A DNA stretch of 64,000 nt from Selaginella moellendorffii (taxonomy: Eukaryota > Plantae > Lycopodiophyta), in contig NW_003314264.1 of the NCBI RefSeq assembly GCF_000143415.4, positions 3,895,229 to 3,959,228 of the forward strand. Reading direction: 5' to 3'. The notes below the pieces were generated by a model. It made no database searches. It worked only from the letters and a program-made list of their open reading frames with translations, and had not been told where the DNA came from. Every line of letters begins with the position of its first letter. Position 1 is the stretch's first letter. The position numbers and the translations under genes were made by a program. Of this stretch, positions 1 through 9,659 are shown piece by piece.

Positions 1-535
1 GGCTCCTGCTTGCGAAACTATCCTTGTTTTGGGTCCGGCTTGGGTCTAAGCCCAAGTTCCATTCCATGCTAGCTAGTGGAGTACCCATAGCCTCACGTTA
101 GGCCACCAGTATGCTGAAATAGCGCCAAACTCCGTTTGGCTCTGTTTTGCGTGCTGGTCCTGGCATTGGGAAGTTGGTTGCTCCAGGACTGTTCCAAGTC
201 GCTCCGGGCTCCTGTCCCTTCGCTCCTTGGGCTATATGCTTGGGAGTTGCTCTATGGTTCGGTTTCATCACTCCTTGGCTCCACGCTTGGGAGTTTGGCA
301 CCGTTCCTTCGTTCAGTGGCCCAAGGCCCTGAACCTTGAGTTCCGCACCACGTTCCTTTGGACACGTGGCATGTGACACGTGGCATCTGTCACGTGGCAC
401 AAAGTGGGTTTAGGTTCCGCTTCGTGGTGTTATCCTATGGTAAATCACCATAGAAGGTTGTGAGTGAGACTCCTCCAAGTGGTCGAAGGTGTGGTTAAGT
501 GACTAAAGTAGAATGGAAAAATTTAGTCACTTACA
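1..535 (+). mobile_element. 3' part of an LTR (family C), apparently inserted into a B-like LTR; window begins inside it
   Basis: Last ~85 nt (gaaggttgtg...aatttagtcacttaca) nearly match the 3' ends of the A/A' LTRs (3436, 9489, 43514, 55637) and end in ...CA. Upstream sequence differs from family A. No PBS follows; B-like LTR sequence resumes at ~541. Confidence 0.7.
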
Positions 536-540
536 CATTA

Positions 541-1320
541 TAGTCAATTTCCCTTCTAAAAGTGGGATTTGCTCTTGAGCACTTTCTTGGGTGGCCCCTC
601 CGACATCACCCGAGTCTTTAATCACTCCCACCCAAGGCCCCTCGGCCCCAGTCTCAACCTCAAGTTAGTTTGGAAGCATCACTGGAGAGTTCCTTCAAGA
701 TTGGTTCCTAGACCTCACTATCCCTACTATACTTTTGGAACTCCTTGCAATGACCCCCCCTCCACCCCCTTGGGAGACACATGCTTTGGGCTTTCACCCC
801 ACGACCTGTATTAATATTTGGACTTGCTCTCAAACTTGATCTCGGACTTGGTCTAGGACCCAACCTTGGACTTGATCTCGGATTCGACCTTGGACTCTGT
901 CTTGCTCGGACTTGATCTCGGACTCGGTCTTGGACCCGATCTCGGATCTCAAACTCGGTCTTGCACTCAATCTCGGACTTGGTCTCACACTCGGTCTCGG
1001 ACTCGGTCTCGGACTCGGTCTTAGAGTTGGTCTCAGACTCGATCTCAGACTTGGTCTCATCTGATGAACTCTTTATTATTTTGGTTGTGCTTTCGGGGAT
1101 CCTTTAGCCTTTGACACCTCAGGGAGTTGGTTCCTTACAACTACACCACCCATAGAAAAAGTTCAATACCCACATCGAATACCTCTTATTAATTTTATGA
1201 TTTGTTGACCATATCTCCGGGGGTATCCCCCCACTTAACAGTGTGCCTAAGTTAGCCTCCCCGGGCAAGAGCCCATGACAACAGAATATAGGTGTCCTTA
1301 TACTAGTATGGGGTTGGGAT
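541..1320 (-). mobile_element. Truncated relic of a family-B-like chromovirus: part of the 3' LTR (541-1139), PPT (1140-1151), 3' UTR remnant
   Basis: Aligns by eye to 44455-45260. Same LTR terminus gagttggttccttaca followed by act(a/c)caccaccc (reverse complement of the PPT) and the same 3'-UTR motif. Confidence 0.85.
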
Positions 1321-1547
1321 TTAATTGAGGAGGAAATATCTAACAACAGTTGCAAAGGCACTTAACAAAAGCACTAACTTCCACCTAACAAATCAAATTG
1401 TCAAAAACAATAATAACATATTCATTGCCAACAACCGACCATGGAAAAGGTCTCATAAGATCAAATGCCACCAATTCAAATGGATGGGAAACTGCAATTG
1501 ACTCCAACCGTCCTTCTGCTACACAAGGGAAAGTATTACAATCCTAG

Positions 1548-2314
1548 TGTGAGACACAAAATCCCTAGGCCCCAAAGTGGAGCTGGAAGGGCGCCACATG
1601 GTAGTGGCCGAAGCGAGAGCCAAACGAGCGTAACACGTTTGGACTAAAAGCTCCGACTTGAAAAGTCAAGAGCGGGAGTGGAACTCCCAACGAAGTGCTC
1701 GAGGAACGAGCACGAAGCGAGCAAAAGGCGAGGCTCCAAAAAGGGACCCAAAAGGACCAACACATGACACGTGGGAGTGTCCGAGATGGACTCGAGTTGG
1801 AGTCCGAAGTGGAGTCCGAGATGGACCCGAGTTGGAGTCCGAAGTGGAGTCCGAGATGGACCCGAGTTGGAGTCCGAAGTGGAGTTCGAGATGGACCCGA
1901 GTTGGAGTCCGAAGTGGAGTCCGAGATGGACCCGAGTTGGAGTCCGAAGTGGAGTCTGAGATGGACCCGAGATGGAGTCCGAGAAGGAGTCCGAAGTGGA
2001 GTCCGAGGTGGACCCGAGATGGACCCGAGTTGGAGTCCGAAGTGGAGTCCGAGATGGACCCGAGATGGAGTCCGAGATGGAGTCCGAGATGGAGTCCGAG
2101 GTGGACCCGAGATGGACCCGAAATGGAGTCTGAGATGGAGTCCGAGATGGACCCGAGATGGAGTCCGAGATGGAGTCCGAGATGGACCTGAGATGGACCC
2201 GAGATGGAGTCCGAGATGGAGTCCGAGATGGACCTGAGATGGACCCGAGATGGAGTCCGAGATGGAGTCCGAGATGGAGTCCGAGATGGAGTCCGAAGTC
2301 GAGACCGAGACTGG

Positions 2315-2346
<32 letters not shown>

Positions 2347-3436
2347 TCGGGACCAAGACCGAGACCGAGGCCGAGGCCGAGACCGAGCCCGAGCCCGAGT
2401 CCGAGTCCGAGTCCGAGTCCGAGTCCGAGTCCGGAGCCTGAGAGGGTGAAAGCCCAAAGCGTTCGTCTCCCAGACCCTGGGGGGTTTGGTGAGCTCCAAA
2501 AGTATAGTAGGGGGAGGACTGCAGTGGAGTCAGTTTGGCCAGGAAAGGCCAGTTTGGCCCAGGAAGGCCGGACCCAGTGTTGGGTGATGAGCTGCCCATT
2601 GGGAAGTCCAAGACTAGAGTGAACACGGACCGACAAGTGGGGTAGCTTGGTGAAGTGTTCAAGAGCCGGCTCTAGTTCCCCCGGGAGATCGACTAGCCGA
2701 TGCTCCCAGTCCAAGTGTGGGTGGCACTACCTACTTGGATACCTGGTGTGGCTCAACGGAACCCGCTCTAAGCCCATGGCTAGAGCACCCAAGGGCAAAA
2801 GGCGAGGAGAGTACCCAGGTGGCTCGCGTAAGGCCACGGTGTTCCGAGATGTTGTCCCAAAGGCCCAGACTGTGGAAAGGAAGAGGAGCAGTCCTCTGGA
2901 GTAGTGACCAAGGACACAGTCGTGTGGTGAGGAAGTCCCAGAGGACCGTGGGACTTAGTGGTCGGGCCTGTGGGTCTCGATCCAGTGGCAGTGTTGGCAA
3001 ACACGGCCAGGGGCAGAAAGGGACTTAGTGGGGACTGACAGAGGGATATTGGGGAAGGCTATTCCCCTTGTCGGTGGGCATCCTAAGGATGCTAAGGAGT
3101 GGATCTGAGATGACCACTCACGGATAGTTTGCCTAGTCTTGGAGAGCCAAGACGGTGATGCAAGTGGTATTGGACTACCAGTGTGGCAAAGGTGATTGGG
3201 CATGGCCTTAGCGTAACGGGCTGCTATGTCGGTGGTACCTTTGAGTGTCGGTCATGGGATCGGACACGTGGAGCACTTGGACCAAGTGCAAATGTTGAGT
3301 GGCATGGATGCCATTCTCGGGGCTAGCAAGTCCCAAGTCCTGGATTGGACTTATGGAGGTTGTGAATGAGACTCCTCCAAGTGGTCAGAGGTGTGGTTAA
3401 GTGACTAAAGTAGAATGGGAAATTTAGTCGCTTACA
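1548..3436 (+). repeat. 5' LTR of element A (1889 bp)
   Basis: Direct repeat of 7629-9489; starts tgtgagac, ends cttaca. Confidence 0.95.
1781..2432 (+). repeat. LTR-internal satellite: 11/12-mers (GAGATGGACCC, GAGATGGAGTCC) grading into GAGACC/GAGTCC hexamers
   Basis: Directly visible. Homologous arrays at 7862-8485, 41837-42516 and 54021-54637; related arrays in B-type LTRs (830-1060, 44735-44985, 51085-51320). Confidence 0.95.
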
Positions 3437-3439
3437 ACT

Positions 3440-3451
3440 TGGTATCAGAGC
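3440..3451 (+). promoter_or_regulatory. Primer-binding site (tRNA-iMet) of element A
   Basis: TGGTATCAGAGC begins 3 nt after the LTR; complementary to the 3' end of plant initiator tRNA-Met. Confidence 0.9.
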
Positions 3452-5923
3452 TGTTCCTTAGTCCGACTTTTATTGGTGCTCAAGTATATCACCACTAGTG
3501 TTGGCATCGGAAGGTCCGAGGAGTGGGCCTATCCTTGAGGAGTAGCAAGTCGGGAAGACATGGCTCTCCATTACAGTTCATGTGTGAACTTGTAGATGAG
3601 GTGGTGGATAGAAAAGGGCCAATAATGGAACGACTTTGGGATCTTGGGAACAGTGCAAGGTTTTCCTCATTGAGTTGAGGATGTGATCCGGATGAGCATT
3701 TGTCTCAGCAAATTGGCTAAGGTTGTTGTGGTAAACAACTAAAGTTGGGATCACGGGAAAGATAGAGACTCCAAAACAATAAAGGAGTCACAAGATTATC
3801 CTCATATAGTTGAGGTTGGTGCTCATGAATGTGAGACCAGAGGTAATGACCGTGGGAGGTCAAATACGGAAGAGGACTCAAGTCCTTGAAATGGTAGCCG
3901 GGGCTACCTTTAATGAATGCTGGAACAACCCAAGGATTTGGGGGGTGTACTGAGAGATGAGTGGTATTCTCATCACATGGACAAGTAGTCCTAATGGGCA
4001 AAAGTTGCCCCCAGAGAACAAAATCAAGTGTCGGAGTAACACTTGTGAAAATAGTCCTTTTGAGTAGGACAGGAATGCAAGAAGTGTATTCCAGTGAGCT
4101 AGTGCCTCACAAGTAGGACCTTACGGGTCTGTGGATTAACCAAGTCCAAAATTGCTGGATGACTCAAGTAGAGTCAACGGATGGTCCTAAAAGGACTGAT
4201 GGAAGCATTTGGACTGTGGTGTGTTGTACCCCACAAAGGATAGGGGGGGGGATCATAGGATCCAAGGATGAGAATAGAGGGTATCTCATCGATGGCAAAA
4301 TGTGCCATGCTAAAGTTATGGGAAAGGTGTTCCCAGAAGAAAACAACTTTGACATAAAGTTGTGTGTGACCTCTATGGTGCAGTGCCAACGGATGGTTGG
4401 CATGAGAAAGAGCGGTGTTGGTCTTGGCAAAGACTTAGACACGAAGGGGAAATGTCATAGAGGTAGGCTCGTGGAGCCGATGGTGTGGAGACACCAAATG
4501 TGCCAAGGTGTGATACCTTGAGGCTATGTTGGTGGGTTCATGAGAACCCCTTGCCAAAGGAATCCCAATGGAAATGGGAATGGCATAGCCTAAGCTGTAG
4601 AGCATGCAGTTGGAGTGTGGTGACCCAGATAATGATGGAGGTGTGAAAGCACCAAAACAATGAGTTGTAGGACTTGACAACTATGAGGCAACTAAGCAAG
4701 AGGTGCAAAATAACTGGTTGAACGGGTAGAAGGTAGCTACCCAAGACTTCTTAATAGCATAGGGAAGTCGGATACACCCTTACGGGAGATAAGTTGCTTG
4801 TGTTGCGATATAGTAAGTCAATGTCATAAAAAGAAATACTCATTGTCAAGAAAGCCATCATTGGGACACCCGAACACTCTAGAACACCAGAAGGTGGTGT
4901 TTGATGTCGCGAGGGCAATGGATAAAGCCCAAGGGACTAAGTCCCTAGCGAATGATGGATAGAAGGTGCTATCCAAATGTCCAAGGTTACGGAGACAGGA
5001 GAGGACTGTCTACCCGAGTTGGACAAAGCCAAAAATGGAATTTTGGCAAGGCTAGTGATGGGCATGTAAAGGCCCATAAGCAACAATGTAATCCCAGTGT
5101 GTGGGATTATAAGGTGAGCATACCCGGATTGAGGAACCACTCCCTAGGCTATTAGGTAAATTCATCCCTAAGAATACTTGCTAAAGCATGATAGAAAGTG
5201 CAAAGCTATCCTCCTGGTCTGGAGGAGAATGACCAAAGGAAAGGTGTGAAGCCAAAAAGCAAGAAGTAAGGGGATGGAACTGAACCATAGAAATCAAAGG
5301 GCATATCCAACAGTGGTTATGAAAGTTGGGAGTGGAGAATCAAGAAGGTGCTCGAGGATGTTGTTGCTAGCAACCGTGATGCCATGGAGAGTCTAAAATA
5401 TGGAATTGTCCATGTTAGACTATATGGCAACTATAAAGCTTGCGAAAAGGGAGGCCTTAGCAAGCTGAGGGACAGAGTTCCTTCAAGGTTCCCAAAGACG
5501 ATTCTAGGTAGCGTAATACCTAGAAAGGCCGAGTGTAAATGGTTCATGGAATGCGCGAAATCAGAGTGGCGCAGCAGAAGCGTGGTCTTGAAGCTTGCCA
5601 TGAGGCAAGGTTATCAAGGTTAGGGAAGTAGTTCCCGAGTGTTCAAAGAAAGGGCTTTGAACGAAAGTCGATGGTCAAGGACTTTCACGCTTATGCAGGA
5701 ACCATGTTACAGTGGTCGGAGGACTTGCCAAGTGAGATTGGCACGTCGGGGGAACAAAAACCCTAGTTGAAGGTGATAACTTCAAAAAGGGGTGGGCCAT
5801 GGGGCCGAGCATGGAGGAGTCCATGCATGATCACAAACATGTCAAGTGAGAGGACTTGGCAGTGTGGAGGAACTAGGTTCCTAAGCTGTGATCTGTAGCG
5901 CGCTTTAAAAATAAGTTGGTGCA

Positions 5924-6337
5924 CCGGCGTGGGGAGTCACACCAGGCATCTTGTGTGATGCCGTCCGTAGATGCATATACGGAGGTTGGGTTCGAGTCCC
6001 GACCCTCTAGTGCTTGGGTTCGAGTCCTAAATCACTAGGGTGTGGTGATGGTTTGGAATATGAGGACACTCATATTTCGGTGGTCATGGACTCTCAGTGG
6101 GGAGACTGGTTTGGGCACACCGCCAAGCGAAGGATGCCTCGGAGTCGTGATGCACGGTTAGATTGCTTAGTGTGAAAGCTCAGCATATCTAACTTGAACA
6201 CTTTGGTGCAAGTGGCACCAAGGTCGTGGTGAGTGAGATGGGGACACCTAATCTCAGTTGCTATGAACCCTTGGCCGTAAGGGCTGGCTTGGGTGCACTG
6301 CCAAGTGTGGGGGATGCCCTCGGGGTTATAGTCAACA
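5924..6337 (+). other. Conserved structured-RNA element in element A: full copy 5924-6155, partial second copy 6234-6337
   Basis: Series of hairpins including two GGG-TTCGAGT-CCY T-loop hairpins, a GACA-loop hairpin and a 4-way junction; stems covary with the copy at 45130-45376 (-). Confidence 0.7.
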
Positions 6338-7348
6338 ACTTGGAGGTCTAGAAGACCAAGTACCTCTTGGCAACTCTGTTAAGGTGCCAAGGTGAGATCA
6401 CTAGGTGATCTTATGGCCAGATAAGGACAAGGTCCTTGGTTGGCTAAGGAATGAAGTTCCTGGTTCAAAATGTTGAAATTGAACTGTTTAAGGTGGTGTG
6501 GCTTGGTCGTGATGACCAAGTGGGAAGAGCATCTAAGGGAAATAAACTATGTCCGTGCGATGGCATAGTGAGTCCGAGGAAAGTAGTCTCTATAAAAGAC
6601 CCATGGGAGGGTCACGAAGTTGGGCCGTGGATAGAGCCCATAGCAGAAGATGCTAAAGAGACGTACTAGGGGTGAACATCCTCCGAACTTGGCAAAGAAG
6701 AGTCTTTGCTATGGAACCGAAACAATACCTCAAGGAGGGAGGTAGAGATTCGATGTTGCTTGGTGCAACAATCAACGGATAGGAGCAAAAGATGAGTGGC
6801 CAAGATAGGGCCGTGGATTCCCTTGGAAGGAATCCAAGTGACAAAGTTAGGCGAGGAACACTAATGTGTTGGACGCTAACAAGTTGCGGGAAAGGAAGTG
6901 TGTTTCCAAGGAGGGATTCCGAAATGCTCCGATTTGGCGAAAGTGGAAGCTCCAAGGGAGGGAGCGGTAAGGTAGCCAAATGATAGGGCCATGAACAGCC
7001 CTAGCACAAAGTATGATAACTGGAACTTTGGCACGAAATAGAAGAGAGGATGATGGTGCCCTCGAGTAGAGAACTTCCTAGGATGGGAAGTGGAGTTGCA
7101 CAAAAAGGTGCAAGGCAAGGTGTCGGAGACACCTAGGAAATTGACTCCAAGAAGTCAAAATTCAAAGTTCCAAAGTGCAAAGGTTATATCGATGGAAATC
7201 AAGACTACTCGAGAAGGAGTAGTGGGATTGAATTAGAGAAGGGTCTCTAAGAGATTTAGCGAGGACTAAACCAATAAAAGGAGAGAACCTCTACATGTGG
7301 TCCAATCAATCTCTAAGTTGGAGAGACTACCCTCCTTAGAGAATAGGC

Positions 7349-7528
7349 AAGGCATGGTGAGCCTTTGGTGTCAAACCATGGAGGCCTATGCAAAAGGCAT
7401 GGTGAGCCTTCAATGTTAAACCATTGACGAATATGGAGAAGGCATGGTGAGCCTTCAATGTTAAACCATTGACGAATATGGAGAAGGCATAGTGAGCCTT
7501 CAATGTCAAACCATTGACAAATATTGGC
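7349..7528 (+). repeat. 45-bp tandem repeat x4 in the 3' internal region of element A
   Basis: Units start at 7349, 7394, 7439, 7484 (aaggcatggtgagccttcaatgttaaaccattgacgaatatggag). Confidence 0.9.
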
Positions 7529-7628
7529 TAGGTGCCAAGGATGGAAATGGTAACACACGCGAGTGTTACTTTACAAAATGGTTTACCGTTCGATGAGGAC
7601 ATCGAACTTCGTCTATGGGTGGTGGAGT

Positions 7629-8349
7629 TGTGAGACACAAAATCCCTAGGCCCCAAAGTGGAGCTGGAAGGGCGCCACATGGTAGTGGCCGAAGCGAGAG
7701 CCAAACGAGCGTAACACGTTTGGACCAAAAGCTCCGACTTGAAAAGTCAAGAGCGAGAGTGGAACTCCCAACGAAGTGCTCGAGGAACGAGCACGAAGCG
7801 AGCAAAAGGCGAGGCTCCAAAAAGGGACCCAAAAGGACCAACACATGACACGTGGGAGTGTCCGAGATGGACTCGAGTTGGAGTCCGAAGTGGAGTCCGA
7901 GATGGACCCGAGTTGGAGTCCGAAGTGGAGTCCGAGATGGACCCGAGTTGGAGTCCGAAGTGGAGTTCGAGATGGACCCGAGTTGGAGTCCGAAGTGGAG
8001 TCCGAGATGGACCCGAGTTGGAGTCCGAAGTGGAGTCTGAGATGGACCCGAGATGGAGTCCGAGAAGGAGTCCGAAGTGGAGTCCGAGGTGGACCCGAGA
8101 TGGACCCGAGTTGGAGTCCGAAGTGGAGTCCGAGATGGACCCGAGATGGAGTCCGAGATGGAGTCCGAGATGGAGTCCGAGGTGGACCCGAGATGGACCC
8201 GAGATGGAGTCCGAGATGGAGTCCGAGATGGACCCGAGATGGAGTCCGAGATGGAGTCCGAGATGGACCTGAGATGGACCCGAGATGGAGTCCGAGATGG
8301 AGTCCGAGATGGAGTCCGAGATGGAGTCCGAAGTCGAGACCGAGACCGG

Positions 8350-8381
<32 letters not shown>

Positions 8382-9489
8382 TCGGGACCAAGACCGAGAC
8401 CGAGGCCGAGGCCGAGACCGAGCCCGAGCCCGAGTCCGAGTCCGAGTCCGAGTCCGAGTCCGAGTCCGAGTCCGAGTCCGAGTCCGGAGCCTGAGAGGGT
8501 GAAAGCCCAAAGCGTTCGTCTCCCAGACCCTGGGGGGTTTGGTGAGCTCCAAAAGTATAGTAGGGGGAGGACTGCAGTGGAGCCAGTTTGGCCAGGAAAG
8601 GCCAGTTTGGCCCAGGAAGGCCGGACCCAGTGTTGGGTGATGAGCTGCCCACTGGGAAGTCCAAGACTAGAGTGAACACGGACCGACAAGTGGGGTAGCT
8701 TGGTGAAGTGTTCAAGAGCTGGCTCTAGTTCCCCCGGGAGATCGACTAGCCGATGCTCCCAGTCCAAGTGTGGGTGGCACTACCTACTTGGATACCTGGT
8801 GTGGCTCAACGGAACCCGCTCTAAGCCCATGGCTAGAGCACCCAAGGGCAAAAGGCGAGGAGAGTACCCAGGTGGCTCGCGTAAGGCCACGGTGTTCCGA
8901 GATGTTGTCCCAAAGGCCCAGACTGTGGAAAGGAAGAGGAGCAGTCCTCTGGAGTAGTGACCAAGGACACAGTCGTGTGGTGAGGAAGTCCCAGAGGACC
9001 GTGGGACTTAGTGGTCGGGCCTGTGGGTCTCGATCCAGTGGCAGTGTTGGCAAACACGGCCAGGGGCAGAAAGGGACTTAGTGGGGACTGACAGAGGGAT
9101 ATTGGGGAAGGCTATTCCCCTTGTCGGTGGGCATCCTAAGGATGCTAAGGAGTGGATCTGAGATGACCACTCACGGATAGTTTGCCTAGTCTTGGAGAGC
9201 CAAGACGGTGATGCAAGTGGTATTGGACTACCAGTGTGGCAAAGGTGATTGGGCATGGCCTTAGCGTAACGGGCTGCTATGTCGGTGGTACCTTTGAGTG
9301 TCGGTCATGGGATCGGACACGTGGAGCACTTGGACCAAGTGCAAATGTTGAGTGGCATGGATGCCATTCTCGGGGCTAGCAAGTCCCAAGTCCTGGATTG
9401 GACTTATGGAGGTTGTGAATGAGACTCCTCCAAGTGGTCAGAGGTGTGGTTAAGTGACTAAAGTAGAATGGGAAATTTAGTCGCTTACA
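7629..9489 (+). repeat. 3' LTR of element A (1861 bp)
   Basis: Direct repeat of 1548-3436, preceded by the PPT. Confidence 0.95.
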
Positions 9490-9659
9490 CCTAGCACCAA
9501 ACGTAGCTACTCACATATTGGATAATATCACGTCACATCTCCGGCAAATAAAAAGATATATGCAACTTCTTGGTTACATTATGATGTCCTATATGCCCAT
9601 CTAGAATAGGAGAATCATGGTAGGCATGGAGAAATTGCGGAAAAAAAAACAGAAGGCAC

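Larger units (their letters stand above)
1548..9489 (+). mobile_element. Element A: complete non-autonomous Ty3/gypsy (chromovirus-derived) LTR retrotransposon, recent insertion
   Basis: TG...CA LTRs 1548-3436 and 7629-9489, near-identical. 5-bp TSD CCTAG (1543-1547, 9490-9494). PBS tggtatcagagc 3440-3451. PPT gggtggtggagt 7617-7628. The 4.2-kb interior has no long ORF. Confidence 0.95.

Noticed and set aside
1061-1110. Hammerhead ribozyme (CTGATGA) in B-type LTRs, also at 44985
   Set aside because: No stem II/GAAA core follows, and the sister LTR reads CCGATGA (51321).
1781-2432. CRISPR-like array
   Set aside because: No unique spacers; eukaryotic LTR tandem repeat.
1565-2714. Long RS/RD/LG/ES-repeat ORFs here and at 7566-8767, 41559-42576, 54095-54656
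   Set aside because: By-products of the stop-free LTR satellite; open in several frames on both strands, and frames differ between copies.
5984-6030. tRNA genes at the TTCGAGT hairpins
   Set aside because: No D-arm or acceptor stem forming a cloverleaf; reported as structured RNA instead.
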